64,000 nucleotides of DNA from an uncultured Eubacteriales bacterium (GCA_964403885.1 CAYOHY010000005.1:5949-69948), one strand, 5' to 3'; shown: positions 50,295 to 61,107, counted from the first letter of the stretch. Notes: generated by a model from the letters alone, not told the origin. Made by a program: numbers and translations.

Positions 50295-51430
50295 CACCAC
50301 CGTATTCCGAACGGGCATCTTCTCTGCAAGAATCGATGAACCATGACGCGAGAATCGAGGAGCACGTGACCGACCAGCGTACGCTGCAAGAGGCGATGAG
50401 CGAGGAGCTCCGCAAGGTCGCGCCGGGCACCCGATTGCGTGAGGCGCTCGACATGCTGATCTCTGCGCGCAGTGGCGCACTGATCGTCCTTGGCGACGTT
50501 CACACGCTCGAACCGCTCTGCAACGGCGGGTTTCATCTCGACACGCCATTCACTCCCCAGCGGCTCTTCGAGCTCGCGAAGATGGATGGCGCCATCATCC
50601 TCGACCACGAGTGCGACAGGATCGTGAAGGCGAACGTTCACCTCGTGCCGGACGCTTCACTCCCCACGTCCGAGACAGGCATGCGGCACCGCACGGCCGA
50701 GCGCATGAGCCGCCAGACCGATGCTCTGTCGATCGCCATCTCCGGCCGGCGCAACGTCGTCAGCCTCTACCTCATGGGCCGCCGCATCCAGCTTGAGGAG
50801 ATCGAGGTCCTGCTCGCCAAGGCGAACCAGGCCATCCAGACGCTCCAGAACTATCGGCAGCGCCTTGATGAGATGCTCGAACGGCTCACGCTGCTGGAGT
50901 TCGAAGACCTCACGACACTCGGCGATGTCGCCGAGGTGATCGGACGCTTCGAGATGCTGCGCCGTGTGGCGCGAGAGGTGCAGCGCTTCACCACTCAGCT
51001 GGGCACGGAAGGTCGCCTGGTCAGGATGCAGTCCGATGAGCTCACCGCCGGCGTCACCGAGGCATTCTCGCTGGTGCTCAGGGACTACGCCGCAGAGTCC
51101 ACCACACGCCGGGTCGCGGCCATCAAGGAGCGTCTCGCCGAGCTGCCTGCGGAACGACTGCTTGAGCCCGAGTCCATCGCGCACGAGCTCAGCCTGACCT
51201 CCGCCGAGCAGGCCGAGCAGCATCTTCGGCCGCGAGGGTATCGAGCGCTCGCCCAGGTGCCCATGATCCCCAACAGCGTGATCGTGCGTATCGTCGAGCG
51301 GTTTGGCTCGCTCCCTGATATCTCGCGCGCGACCGTGGAAGAGCTGGACAGCGTCGATGGGGTTGGAGAGCGTCGGGCAAAGGCGATCTCGTCAGGCCTC
51401 TCAAGGCTTCGCGCGCACGTCTCGGTCTAG
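50291..51430 (+). CDS. disA: DNA integrity scanning diadenylate cyclase
   Basis: APGT.LRE.L, ELAKMDGAIIL, ETGMRHRTAER, C-terminal HhH (VDGVGERRA). Start uncertain. Confidence 0.93.
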   Translation: MTPPYSERASSLQESMNHDARIEEHVTDQRTLQEAMSEELRKVAPGTRLREALDMLISARSGALIVLGDVHTLEPLCNGGFHLDTPFTPQRLFELAKMDGAIILDHECDRIVKANVHLVPDASLPTSETGMRHRTAERMSRQTDALSIAISGRRNVVSLYLMGRRIQLEEIEVLLAKANQAIQTLQNYRQRLDEMLERLTLLEFEDLTTLGDVAEVIGRFEMLRRVAREVQRFTTQLGTEGRLVRMQSDELTAGVTEAFSLVLRDYAAESTTRRVAAIKERLAELPAERLLEPESIAHELSLTSAEQAEQHLRPRGYRALAQVPMIPNSVIVRIVERFGSLPDISRATVEELDSVDGVGERRAKAISSGLSRLRAHVSV

Positions 51431-51560
51431 TCTCTGAAGCTCCTTAGTGGCGGTGCGCGCCTGTGCTACCATCGAACCATCCTAGGGCTCCTACGGCGCC
51501 TCTGATGGGCGCGGAGGGAGGTGACGGCGCGACGGCCACGGTGCCGTCAACGCCAGATTC

Positions 51561-52634
51561 ATGATCCAGGCATTCACCCGCTTCTTCTTTGTCACGGCGG
51601 GGCTCCTGGGCGGGTACTTCGTCACCCAAGCGGTCGACTGGCAGGCACAACTTCCCGGGCTGGCCCCCAACTACGTCATCTTCCTGTTCATTCTTCTCGG
51701 GGCCTCGATGGGTTACGTGCTCGGCGGCATTCTCGGACGAGAGCTGTCGACGGCGTGGGTCAGGGTCGAGATGCGACTCGCCGAGATCTCCGGCGCGGAC
51801 ATCATCCTGGGTACGATCGGCCTGCTCGTGGGTCTCTCGGTGGCCTTCCTGGCCGCACAGCCGCTGAGGCTTCTGACGCCCACGGGGCTTGCTGTCGCCA
51901 CCATGATCCTGTTGTCGATCGTCGCCGCCTATATGGGGGTCTCCGTCGCCCTGACACGCCGTCGCGAGTTCGCCGCGATGTTCCCCGGTCTGGCGCCGGT
52001 AGAGCTCGTTCCCGCCGGCGAGCGCCTCGTCGTGCTCGATACCAGCGCGGTCATCGACGCCCGATTCGTCGAGCTTCGTCGGATCGGCTTCATCCAGGGC
52101 AAGGTCAAGGTGCCTCGCTTCGTGCTGGCGGAGCTGCAGACGCTCGCGGACTCCGCGGATGACACCAAGCGCGCTCGGGGTCGGCGTGGGCTCGATCTGC
52201 TCTCCACGCTCCCGGAGAAGGACGCCGTGGAGGTGCTGGAGCTCGACTACCCCGACATGGCTGCGGTCGACGAGAAGCTCATGCGGCTCACCGTCGATGC
52301 GAGCGCGCTGCTCCTCACCGTCGACTTCAACTTGACGAAGGTCGCCCGCGTGCGAGGTATCGAGGTCATCAATCTCAACGAGGCCGCTGCGGCGCTCAGG
52401 CCGTCGTTCCTTCCGGGTGACGTCATCCAGTTGCGGGTGACCAAGGCGGGCAAGGAGCAGGGCCAGGGCGTGGGCTACCTCGAGGACGGCACGATGGTCG
52501 TCATCCAAGACGGCCGAGGACTCGTGGGCACCGAGGCGCCCGTAGAGGTCACCTCCGTCCTGCAGACATCCGCCGGACGCATGGTGTTCGCGCGACCCGC
52601 CGACGGACACGACGAGGCTGCGAGTCGTTCATGA
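51561..52634 (+). CDS. Membrane PIN/TRAM domain protein (YacL-like)
   Basis: LDTSAVIDAR, ELQ.LADS.D..KR.RGRRGLD, GKEQGQGVGYLEDGTMVV, VLQTSAGRMVF. Confidence 0.92.
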   Translation: MIQAFTRFFFVTAGLLGGYFVTQAVDWQAQLPGLAPNYVIFLFILLGASMGYVLGGILGRELSTAWVRVEMRLAEISGADIILGTIGLLVGLSVAFLAAQPLRLLTPTGLAVATMILLSIVAAYMGVSVALTRRREFAAMFPGLAPVELVPAGERLVVLDTSAVIDARFVELRRIGFIQGKVKVPRFVLAELQTLADSADDTKRARGRRGLDLLSTLPEKDAVEVLELDYPDMAAVDEKLMRLTVDASALLLTVDFNLTKVARVRGIEVINLNEAAAALRPSFLPGDVIQLRVTKAGKEQGQGVGYLEDGTMVVIQDGRGLVGTEAPVEVTSVLQTSAGRMVFARPADGHDEAASRS

Positions 52635-53344
52635 CGGCCCGAACCGCTGCGATCGTGGTCGCCGGGGGCACCGGCAACCGCTTCGGTCGTGCCGAGGGCA
52701 AGCAGCTCCTTGCCATCGGCGGGCGTCCGGTGGCGTGGTGGGCGATCTCGGCGGTCTCATCGGCGGCGAGTGTCGACATGGTCGTGGTCGTCTGCCATCC
52801 CGACAGGGTCGCTGAGTACCGGGAGTCGCTCTCCTCGGCCAGTCGGCTCGACGACCTGCGGTTCGTGGCCGGAGGAGACACCAGACAGGCCTCCGTCGCA
52901 GCAGGTCTTGCAGCGGTGGGCGACTCTGCGGATATCGTCGCCGTACACGACGGTGCGAGGCCACTCGTGCTCCCTGAGACCGTCGATAGCGCCGTGGCGC
53001 TGCTCGCGAGCTCGCCTGAGCTCGACGGTGTCATCATCGGCCACCCGTCGACTGACACGCTCAAGCTCGCACAGGATGGTCTCGTCGCGGGCACCCCGGA
53101 CCGGTCCCAGTACTGGGCGGTCCAGACCCCGCAGGTCTTCCGCCGCGACGCACTTGTTCGTGCTTCGGCGTTCGCGGACTCACAGGGGTTCGTGGGCACG
53201 GACGACGCGTCCCTGATCGAGCTCGCCGGGGGGCGCGTGGCTCTTCTGGAGGGTCCTCGCGACAATCTGAAGATCACGGTTCCCGAGGACGCCGCCATCG
53301 CGGAAGCGATACTCGGGTGGCGCGCGCGAGAGGAGTCACAATGA
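52631..53344 (+). CDS. ispD: 2-C-methyl-D-erythritol 4-phosphate cytidylyltransferase
   Basis: AGG.G.RFG....KQ, TRQASV..GL, VHDGARP, QTPQ.F, TDDASL, NLKIT.PED. Confidence 0.94.
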   Translation: MTARTAAIVVAGGTGNRFGRAEGKQLLAIGGRPVAWWAISAVSSAASVDMVVVVCHPDRVAEYRESLSSASRLDDLRFVAGGDTRQASVAAGLAAVGDSADIVAVHDGARPLVLPETVDSAVALLASSPELDGVIIGHPSTDTLKLAQDGLVAGTPDRSQYWAVQTPQVFRRDALVRASAFADSQGFVGTDDASLIELAGGRVALLEGPRDNLKITVPEDAAIAEAILGWRAREESQ

Positions 53345-53814
53345 GAATCGGTCTGGGCTATGACGTGCACGCGTTCGCCGACGACAGGCCGCTCATCCTC
53401 GGCGGGGTGCGCATCGAGCATGCGCAGGGACTCGCCGGCCACTCGGATGCCGACGTGCTCGCTCACGCGCTCATGGACGCGCTTCTCGGCGCGCTGCGCG
53501 AGGGCGACATCGGCAAGCTGTTCCCTGACACCGATCCCGCCTACAAAGGCGCCGACTCGATCGCGCTGCTCGCCCAAGTCGCTCAGTTGGTGCAAGAACG
53601 CGGCTTCGTCGTGGTGGACGCCGACTGCGTGCTCATTCTCGAGCAGCCCAAGATCTCGCCACACCGGGAGCGAATGCGCGCGAACCTAGCCGCGGCCATG
53701 GGTGTCGACATCGATCGCGTGGGCGTCAAGGCCACCACCACCGAAGGGCTCGGGTTCGAGGGGCGCCGGGAGGGCGTGGGCGCCAAGGCGGTCGTCTTGC
53801 TCGAGAACGCCTGA
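53341..53814 (+). CDS. ispF: 2-C-methyl-D-erythritol 2,4-cyclodiphosphate synthase
   Basis: MRIGLGYDVH, GHSDADVLAHA, DIG..FPD, VKATTTEGLGF.GR.EG. Confidence 0.96.
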   Translation: MRIGLGYDVHAFADDRPLILGGVRIEHAQGLAGHSDADVLAHALMDALLGALREGDIGKLFPDTDPAYKGADSIALLAQVAQLVQERGFVVVDADCVLILEQPKISPHRERMRANLAAAMGVDIDRVGVKATTTEGLGFEGRREGVGAKAVVLLENA

Positions 53815-53897
53815 CGCCGGCGCGCTCCTGATAGACTGTTCGGCGTGCGGCCCGCGTGGTCGCTCCGGTAACCGAAGAGGCGAGTGGAGCTGCGGCG

Positions 53898-54614
53898 ATG
53901 TTCGGGCGCATGCGAGAGGACATACGAGCGGTCAAGGAGCGCGACCCCGCTGCTACCTCGACCCTCAGCGTGCTGCTCAACTACCCCGGTCTGCATGCGC
54001 TGTGGTCTCACCGCCTGAACCATTGGCTGTGGGTCCATGGCCGCAAGGGCTTCTCTCGATTCGGCTCCCAGGTGACCCGCTGGCTTACGGGGATCGAGAT
54101 CCATCCCGGTGCCCGGATAGGCGACCGCTTCTTCATCGACCACGGCAGCGGTGTGGTCATCGGCGAGACCACGATCATCGGCAACGACGTGACGCTGTAC
54201 CAGGGCGTCACGCTCGGTGGTACGGGCAAGGAGTCCGGTAAGCGCCACCCCACCCTTGAGGACTGCGTCGTGGTGGGCGTGGGTGCCGCCGTGCTCGGCA
54301 ACATCACGATCGGTCGCGGCAGCAAGGTCGGCGGTGGCGCGGTCGTCATCGACGACGTGCCGCCCAACTGCACCGTCGTCGGCGTCCCCGGCCGCGTCGT
54401 GGTTCGCAGTGGCGAGCGGGTCGACGCGATCGACCTGCACCACGAGGACCTGCCCGACCCGGTGGTGGAGATGTTCGTGTGCCTCACCCGGCGCATCGAC
54501 CGGCTCGAGCGCCGCCTCGCGCGCGATGAGGGACTGTCCGATGAGCGCGGCGAGGCACCGTTCGAGACCCCGGAATCTGAACAGGCAAACGACGGCGAGA
54601 CCTGCGAGATCTAG
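53898..54614 (+). CDS. cysE: Serine O-acetyltransferase
   Basis: [41 protein letters not shown]. Confidence 0.94.
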   Translation: MFGRMREDIRAVKERDPAATSTLSVLLNYPGLHALWSHRLNHWLWVHGRKGFSRFGSQVTRWLTGIEIHPGARIGDRFFIDHGSGVVIGETTIIGNDVTLYQGVTLGGTGKESGKRHPTLEDCVVVGVGAAVLGNITIGRGSKVGGGAVVIDDVPPNCTVVGVPGRVVVRSGERVDAIDLHHEDLPDPVVEMFVCLTRRIDRLERRLARDEGLSDERGEAPFETPESEQANDGETCEI

Positions 54615-54656
54615 CCTCGGCACGACCAGGGGGCAGATGCCCCCAGGAGGAGACCC

Positions 54657-56141
54657 ATGCGCGTCTATAACACCCTCAGCCGCTCGAAAGAGGAGTTCGT
54701 CCCTCGCGAGCCCGGCAAGGTCGCCATGTACGTGTGCGGCCCCACGGTCTACAACCACATCCACATCGGCAACGCGCGCACGTTCCTGTCGTTCGACACC
54801 ATGCGCCGCTACCTCACGTGGAAGGGCTTCGAGGTCACCTTCGTGCAGAACGTGACCGACGTGGACGACAAGATCATCAACCGGGCCAACGAAGAGGGCC
54901 GTCCCGCCTCCGAGGTCGCCGAGGAGTACACGGCGGCCTTCATCGACGCCATGCGGCGGCTCGGCGTGCAAGACCCCACGGTGCGCCCGCTCGCAACCAA
55001 GACCATCCCCCAGATGATCGATCTCATCGAGCGGCTCATCGCGACGGGCCACGCCTACGTGGTCGAAGGCGACGTCTACTTCTCGGTGCGCAGCTTCCCT
55101 GACTACGGCAAGCTGTCCGGCCGAGACATCGACGAGATGCACTCGGGCGCCCGCGTCGAGGTCGACGAGCGCAAGGCGGACCCGCTCGACTTCGCGCTGT
55201 GGAAGTCGGCCAAGCCCGGCGAGCCGCACTGGCCCAGCCCCTGGGGCGAAGGCCGTCCCGGCTGGCACATCGAGTGCTCGGCGATGAGCGAAGAGGAGCT
55301 CGGGCTGCCGTTCGACATCCATGGCGGCGGCGCCGACCTGACCTTCCCGCACCACGAGAACGAGCTGGCCCAGTCCGAGGCCGCCACCGGCAAGCCGTTC
55401 GTGACCTACTGGCTTCACGGCGGAATGCTCCAGGTCAACGCCGAGAAGATGAGCAAGTCGCTGGGCAACTTCCTGCTGCTCAAAGACGTGCTCGAGCGCT
55501 ATCCGGCGCCCGTCATCCGCCTGCTCATGCTTCAGACCCACTACCGCAGTCCGCTCGACTTCTCCGACGCGCGGCTCGACGAGACCACCCATGCCTACGT
55601 CCGCCTTGAGAACCTCGTGCGCAACCTGCGCTGGGCGGAGACCCTTGTCGCACAGGGCACCGGTGCCCCCGCGGAAGCGTGCAGCGGTCTCAATCTTCAG
55701 GTCACCATGGCTCGCGACAAGTTCGCAGCCGAGATGGACGACGACTTCAACACCGCCGGTGCCTTGGCAGCGGTGTTCGAGCTGGCGAAGGCGGCCAACG
55801 TCTTCCTCTCTGAGTTCCAGGTGGATCTGTGCGCCGACGACAAGGCTGCACTCGAAGCCGCTGCACACACCGTGGTCGAGCTGCTGGCCGTGCTGGGCGT
55901 CGAGATCGCCGAGGAAGAGGAGAGGGCCTATCCGGCCGAGGTGGTCGACTTGGCGCGAGATGTGGCTGGGTACCAGGGTTCTGACGCGGAGCAGGCCGTC
56001 GCCGCACTGCTCGCCGCGCGTGCCGACGCCCGCGCCGCCAAGGACTGGTCGCGCGCTGACGCGGTCCGGGACGGTCTGAACGCTCTTGGTCTCAAGATCG
56101 AGGACACGCCGCAGGGTGCGCGCGTCGTCCAGAGCGCGTGA
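54657..56141 (+). CDS. cysS: Cysteinyl-tRNA synthetase
   Basis: YVCGPTVY...[30 protein letters not shown]. Confidence 0.97.
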   Translation: MRVYNTLSRSKEEFVPREPGKVAMYVCGPTVYNHIHIGNARTFLSFDTMRRYLTWKGFEVTFVQNVTDVDDKIINRANEEGRPASEVAEEYTAAFIDAMRRLGVQDPTVRPLATKTIPQMIDLIERLIATGHAYVVEGDVYFSVRSFPDYGKLSGRDIDEMHSGARVEVDERKADPLDFALWKSAKPGEPHWPSPWGEGRPGWHIECSAMSEEELGLPFDIHGGGADLTFPHHENELAQSEAATGKPFVTYWLHGGMLQVNAEKMSKSLGNFLLLKDVLERYPAPVIRLLMLQTHYRSPLDFSDARLDETTHAYVRLENLVRNLRWAETLVAQGTGAPAEACSGLNLQVTMARDKFAAEMDDDFNTAGALAAVFELAKAANVFLSEFQVDLCADDKAALEAAAHTVVELLAVLGVEIAEEEERAYPAEVVDLARDVAGYQGSDAEQAVAALLAARADARAAKDWSRADAVRDGLNALGLKIEDTPQGARVVQSA

Positions 56142-56875
56142 TGGTGCTCGAGGGCCGGAACGCGGCGCTCGAGGCATTGCGTGCGGGCATGCCGCTCTCT
56201 CGGATCCTGATCGCCGAGGGGACCAAACCCGACCGTACTATCGAAGAGATCGAACGACGCGCCGGAGAGGCGGGGTTGAAGGTCGTGCGGGCGCCCCGCC
56301 GCGACCTCGACAAGCTGAGCGAACGCGGAGCCCATCAGGGCGTCATCGTCGAGGCGGCACCCTTTCGCTATGCTCCGGTCGAGAAGGTGCTCAAGGCGAC
56401 GAAGGGTGCTGAGTCGGCGCTGGTCATCGCCCTCGACCACGTGACTGACCCTGGCAACCTCGGCGCGATCGCCCGAAGCGCCGAGGTCATCGGAGCCGCG
56501 GGTGTCGTTGTGCAGAAGCGCCGAAGCGCCGCGGTGACTCCCGCGGCATGGAAGGCGGCTGCGGGCGCGCTCGCTCATGTGCCGCTCGTGCAGGAGACCA
56601 ACCTGGTGCGCACGCTCGAGCGCTTCAAGCAGGAGGGTTTCTGGATCGCCGGAGCCTCGGAGAAGGCCCGCCAGACGGTCTGGGAGGCTCCTCTCGAAGG
56701 TCGCCTCGTCCTCGTCATGGGCTCGGAGGGGGAGGGGCTGTCGCGTCTCACCGCTGAGACGTGCGACTTTCTCGTCAGCCTGCCGCAGGCCGGCAAGGTC
56801 GGCTCGCTGAACGTGGCTCAGGCCACCACCGCGATCGCGTACGAGTGGATGCGGAGGACGGCGGTCGCCACGTGA
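56138..56875 (+). CDS. rlmB: 23S rRNA (Gm2251) 2'-O-methyltransferase
   Basis: HQGV, DHVTDPGNLGAI.RSA, GSEGEGL, SLNVAQA. Confidence 0.9.
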   Translation: MMVLEGRNAALEALRAGMPLSRILIAEGTKPDRTIEEIERRAGEAGLKVVRAPRRDLDKLSERGAHQGVIVEAAPFRYAPVEKVLKATKGAESALVIALDHVTDPGNLGAIARSAEVIGAAGVVVQKRRSAAVTPAAWKAAAGALAHVPLVQETNLVRTLERFKQEGFWIAGASEKARQTVWEAPLEGRLVLVMGSEGEGLSRLTAETCDFLVSLPQAGKVGSLNVAQATTAIAYEWMRRTAVAT

Positions 56876-57387
56876 GCGTGCGGCGCGTCCTGATCGTCGA
56901 CGGGTACAACGTCATCCGCATGACCCCACCGTACAGCGCTATCGCCGAGCAAGATCTCGACTCCGCCAGGGTCGCTCTCGTGTCGGACGTGGCAGCCTAC
57001 GCACACGGTGCGTGGGATGCGACCGTGGTCTTCGACGGGGGCGGTAATCTACAGTCCACCGGCACGCCGCATCGAACCGCCGGCGTCACGGTCATCTTCT
57101 CCCGCTACGGCGTCGAGGCCGACTCGGTCATCGAACGCCTCGCCAGGGATGCGCGCGAGGCCGGCTGCGTCGTCGAGGTTGTCACGAGTGATGCTCAGAC
57201 CCAGTGGGCGGTGATGGGTGGGGGAGTGGTTCGTCGCTCGTCCGCCGAGTTCGCGGGGGATCTGCGCATCGACGAATCAGAGTGGCGCGAGCATTCTCCC
57301 TCTGGCAGCTCGCGCAGCCGCATCGAGGATCGCGTCAGCGCCGACGTGCGCGAGCGGCTCGATCGCTGGGCTCGAGGCCTCGACTGA
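56872..57387 (+). CDS. NYN domain protein (YacP/Rae1-like)
   Basis: LIVDGYNVI, VVFDG, FS.....AD.VIERL, VVTSD...Q. Confidence 0.88.
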   Translation: MSVRRVLIVDGYNVIRMTPPYSAIAEQDLDSARVALVSDVAAYAHGAWDATVVFDGGGNLQSTGTPHRTAGVTVIFSRYGVEADSVIERLARDAREAGCVVEVVTSDAQTQWAVMGGGVVRRSSAEFAGDLRIDESEWREHSPSGSSRSRIEDRVSADVRERLDRWARGLD

Positions 57388-57546
57388 TGTTTCTTGCCCG
57401 CGAAGGGTAAAAGAGACTCAGGGGGAACCTTGACGTAGATTAATGTCGGGTCTACGTTCTCGATGTCGGCTTAGATCGCGCTGCCATCGCAGGCAGCACC
57501 GCCCACCCCTCTGGGCGACTCGAGTGTGGACCGAGGGGGCGTCGCC

Positions 57547-58200
57547 ATGGGCGACCAAAGGGTTTGGATTTCTCGCCACAGCACCAGTGACAGGTCTGGG
57601 GATCTGGCTTTGGTGCGAGCGGCACAGGAGGGCGACCAACTCGCGAGCTGCGAGCTGGTGAAGCGATACCGTTCCCTCATCCGCTACAAAGCACGCACCT
57701 ACTTCCTTGTCGGTGCGGATCGCGAGGACATCATCCAAGAGGGCATGATCGGCCTGTTCAAGGCGATCCGGGACTACGACCCCACGCGGCAGGCGAGCTT
57801 TCACTCGTTCGCAGAGCTGTGCGTGACCCGGCAGATCATCACAGCGGTGAAGTCGTCCACGCGACAGAAACATTCGCCGCTCAACGGCTACGTCTCGCTC
57901 TCGCGTCCGGCAGGCTCCGAAGATGAGGGGGAGCGCCTGCTCTCGGACATCATCGCCGCGCGTGAGATCTGTGACCCGGCCGAGATCGTCATCGGAGCGT
58001 GGGAGGCCGAGTACATACGGGGCGGTGTCGTCGAGGCACTTTCGCCGTTCGAGCACGAAGTCCTTCGGCTCTACACCTCCGGGCGATCGTATCAGCAGAT
58101 CGCCGAGCAGCTGGGGCGGCACACCAAGGCGGTCGACAACGCACTTCAGCGAGTCAAGCGGAAGCTGGAATCTCAGGTAAGGGCCTGCAACGCCTGCTAG
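57547..58200 (+). CDS. sigH: RNA polymerase sigma factor, Firmicute SigH type
   Basis: KARTYFLVGADREDIIQEGMIGLFKAIRDY, SF..FAELC..RQIITAVK..TRQKH.PLN.YVSL, K.VDNALQRVKRKL. Confidence 0.9.
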   Translation: MGDQRVWISRHSTSDRSGDLALVRAAQEGDQLASCELVKRYRSLIRYKARTYFLVGADREDIIQEGMIGLFKAIRDYDPTRQASFHSFAELCVTRQIITAVKSSTRQKHSPLNGYVSLSRPAGSEDEGERLLSDIIAAREICDPAEIVIGAWEAEYIRGGVVEALSPFEHEVLRLYTSGRSYQQIAEQLGRHTKAVDNALQRVKRKLESQVRACNAC

Positions 58201-58237
58201 CGAGCGCGCGACTCTCGCGCTAAACTTCTGCGGGTTC

Positions 58238-58313
58238 GCTGGCGTGGCGCAATTGGCAGCGCACCTGACTTGTAATCAGGGGGTTGGGGGTTCAAGTCCC
58301 CCCGCCAGCTCCA
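58238..58313 (+). tRNA. tRNA-Thr(TGT)
   Basis: Cloverleaf, anticodon arm cctga-ctTGTaa-tcagg, encoded CCA. Confidence 0.95.
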
Positions 58314-58369
58314 GGTACACGCGAAGCGGCCCGGGAACACGTTCCCGGGCCGCTCTGTGTCGAGTCCGT

Positions 58370-59932
58370 CTACTCCGCCGCCAGACGCTCGCGCGGGTCA
58401 CGCGCGTCCATGGAGTCGTCCCACAGGACTTCGAGCACCTCGACGGCACGCGCGATGTTCTTGAGCTCGAACTCGCCATGTGAGTAGGTGCGAACCGAGG
58501 CGCCTGCCGCATCCGCCACCTGTCTTGTGGTGAAGACCTGGCCGCCGTCAGCAAGGTTCATGACGCGTGCGGCCAGATTGAGCGCCGCGCCGATGAACGG
58601 GCGCCCGCCCTTGTCGAGCACGACCTCGCCGTCGGCAACGCCTATGCGTACGCTGATGTCGCGTTCGGACGCGCGCGATTCATTGTGCTCCCGCAAGGTG
58701 CGTTGCATCTCGGCGGCCGCCAAGAGCGCCGATTCAGGTGAGGTGAACGAAGCGACGAGCCCGTCGCCACCGGTCGACTTGCCGCTGCCCCCGTGGCGCT
58801 CGATCACAGGCAACAGCAGATCGCGATGCCGCTGGATGGCTTTGGCCGTCAGGATGCTGCCGTCCTCCTCGGTCATGCGCGAGAACGACTTCATGTCGGT
58901 GATCATGACCACACGCGTGGTGGTGTGTTGGCTCGCGAGCTTCTCTTCCGCGGTCGCGATCAGGCGAAGCAGCTCGTCGACATCGGCGTCCTCGGTGGCC
59001 ATCGATGCGCTCCGTGCCTTGGGGGCGGCCACCGGGGCGACCTCGAGCGGGAAGACCTTCTCGAAGAGCAACACGAAGCCCAGTCCAAGCACGAGCGAGC
59101 TCACGGTAGCCGATGCAAGCTGGTCCCACCGCACCGGGACGTCGACCAGTGAGTGGGTGACGACGGAGCCGAAGGCGGCGATGGTAACGCCCGTCGCGGC
59201 GCCAATGTAGCGCAGTGATACGCTGCGGCGCTTTCGCGACTCCCGCACCATGATGGCCGCGACGGCCGCCGCAAGTGCCCACACGGCAGGCTGTACAGCG
59301 AACGCGACGAGGTGCTGTGCCTTGGTGGCGGTGTCGATCACCTTGTCCACCGAGGAAGTGCCGATGGAACCGAATGAGGCGGCGACCCATTCAGGGCCGA
59401 ACATCGTCGACGGCACCTTGTCGAAAGCGACGAGGGGCGTGGTTCCGGACAGGACCGTGGAGCCGTTCATGGCGGCCGCCCGGCCCAGTGCGATGCCGAC
59501 CGTCTGTACCGACACGCACGCGATCGCAGCGGCGAGAGCGCTTTCGCCGGCTGACATCAGGTACGCCGCTATGGCGATCGGTGCCCACACGGGACCCAGG
59601 AATGCGCCTGCGACCGCTGCTGCCACAAGGAGGAACACGCGCCCTCCGTCGGCTCCCAGGTAGCGGACCCCGACGATGCCCAGCACGGCGAAGAGGATGC
59701 CGGCTACCGGGTTGGCGGCGGTGACGGGCAATGCCATCGCGATGACCGCTGCGAGCACGCCAAGGTCCATCGAGGCGAGGGCGAGTATCCCGGCGACCGC
59801 GGCGAGCAGCACGGCACCCCAGAGGGGGGCGAAGTGCATACCTACCAGCGCGCCGAGCGTGGCGGCGGCGACTCCGGCCGCACGCAGCCAGGTCAAGACC
59901 GCCTCGTTCTTCCTGCGCGTCCGTTTTGCCAT
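58370..59932 (-). CDS. Polytopic membrane protein with C-terminal class III nucleotide cyclase domain
   Basis: About 10 TM helices, then MITDMKSFS, GGDGLVASF, VRIGV..GEV, GAALNLAARV..LA.GGQV. Confidence 0.9.
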   Translation of the reverse strand: MAKRTRRKNEAVLTWLRAAGVAAATLGALVGMHFAPLWGAVLLAAVAGILALASMDLGVLAAVIAMALPVTAANPVAGILFAVLGIVGVRYLGADGGRVFLLVAAAVAGAFLGPVWAPIAIAAYLMSAGESALAAAIACVSVQTVGIALGRAAAMNGSTVLSGTTPLVAFDKVPSTMFGPEWVAASFGSIGTSSVDKVIDTATKAQHLVAFAVQPAVWALAAAVAAIMVRESRKRRSVSLRYIGAATGVTIAAFGSVVTHSLVDVPVRWDQLASATVSSLVLGLGFVLLFEKVFPLEVAPVAAPKARSASMATEDADVDELLRLIATAEEKLASQHTTTRVVMITDMKSFSRMTEEDGSILTAKAIQRHRDLLLPVIERHGGSGKSTGGDGLVASFTSPESALLAAAEMQRTLREHNESRASERDISVRIGVADGEVVLDKGGRPFIGAALNLAARVMNLADGGQVFTTRQVADAAGASVRTYSHGEFELKNIARAVEVLEVLWDDSMDARDPRERLAAE

Positions 59933-60064
59933 GGATCCTCCATCGGCGTCACCGGCGGATGTTCAGTCGGTCACCATTCTGCCGCATCAGACGCGGGCGT
60001 GTGCGGTAGAATCTCTACACGTGCGGTGGGCCCGCGCGTCACAGATGACTTCAGAGGAGTTCGC

Positions 60065-60478
60065 ATGGCGCACGAGGAGTTCATGGCACGCGTGCCGATC
60101 TTCGCCAGCTGTACCGCCGAGGAGATCGGCGCCATCGCCGGGGTCGCTCAGGAGAGCCAGTTCGCGCCGGGGCAGATCATCGTTACCCAAGGCACGCCCG
60201 GACAGGCTTTCTACCTGGTCCTTTCCGGACGGGTGGAGATCCTGCGTGACGGGGTGTCGCTGGGCGCTTTTGGCCCCGGGGACTTCTTCGGTGAGATGTC
60301 TCTGCTGGATCAGGCGCCTCGTTCCGCCACTATTCGGGCCATCGATCCCACCGTCTGCCTCATGCTCTCGAGCTGGGACTTCAAGGCCTTGCTCGAGAAG
60401 CATCCCTCTATCGCCATCAAACTGCTCGAGGTGCTCAGCCGCCGTCTTCGCGTAGCCGACGAGCGCCTGGGTCGATAG
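60065..60478 (+). CDS. Stand-alone cyclic-nucleotide-binding domain protein
   Basis: IVTQG.PG..FYLVLSGRVEI, LG.FGPGDFFGEMSLLDQAPRSATIRA. No HTH. Confidence 0.92.
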   Translation: MAHEEFMARVPIFASCTAEEIGAIAGVAQESQFAPGQIIVTQGTPGQAFYLVLSGRVEILRDGVSLGAFGPGDFFGEMSLLDQAPRSATIRAIDPTVCLMLSSWDFKALLEKHPSIAIKLLEVLSRRLRVADERLGR

Positions 60479-60489
60479 AAGGGATCTCG

Positions 60490-61107
60490 ATGTCTCTCAC
60501 GGGTATGTCGCTGCTCCAAGCGGTCTCCGAGCGGGTACTGCTTCGTTGGATGGAGCGTCAGGGTAGGGTCGACGTGCAGTCGACCAATGGCTTCAGGTCA
60601 CTCGGCAAGGCCGTGGACGCGACCTACTCCTGGGAGGGTTCGCGCCGACGCGTCAAGGTCAAGCCCGATCCGTACTTCGGCACGGACAACGCGCTGATCG
60701 CCGACCGGGCCCTCACGTACTATCGAGCCGACTCGGGGGCCTACGCCTTCGAGGCGGTGGCCAACACAGCGACCCGTGAGCCCGGGTGGATCTTCGATTC
60801 AGAGGCGGACGATCTCTACTACTACTACGTCGCGTTGTCACAGACCGAGGATGAGGTGCGCGCACTGCTCGGTGAGCCCGACGAGGTGTTCTTCTCTGAG
60901 CTCGCGATCACTCGCGACGAGCTGGTGGTTCTGCCGCTGCGCGCCACGCGCGAGTGGTTTGAGAACAACTACGAGGCATATACGCCGCGACCGGTTATGG
61001 TCGGCGGGGCCTCGGCGTGGTACCGTCTGGTTCCGCGCCGCGACTTGGAGCGGGCCGTGCAGGGTATCAACATGGTCGGACCGGTGTTTCGGTCGCTTGG
61101 AAGATAG
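60490..61107 (+). CDS. Hypothetical protein, PD-(D/E)XK-like pattern
   Basis: VD...RVKVKPD...AFE...EPGWIF.SEADDLYYY. Confidence 0.7.
   Translation: MSLTGMSLLQAVSERVLLRWMERQGRVDVQSTNGFRSLGKAVDATYSWEGSRRRVKVKPDPYFGTDNALIADRALTYYRADSGAYAFEAVANTATREPGWIFDSEADDLYYYYVALSQTEDEVRALLGEPDEVFFSELAITRDELVVLPLRATREWFENNYEAYTPRPVMVGGASAWYRLVPRRDLERAVQGINMVGPVFRSLGR

Noticed and set aside
53815-53897. T-box leader before cysE-cysS as in Bacillus
   Set aside because: The gap is only about 80 nt and has no T-box consensus or terminator.
58325-58353. Hairpin gcggcccgggaac-ac-gttcccgggccgc after tRNA-Thr
   Set aside because: It is most simply an ordinary terminator between convergent genes and is not of special interest.
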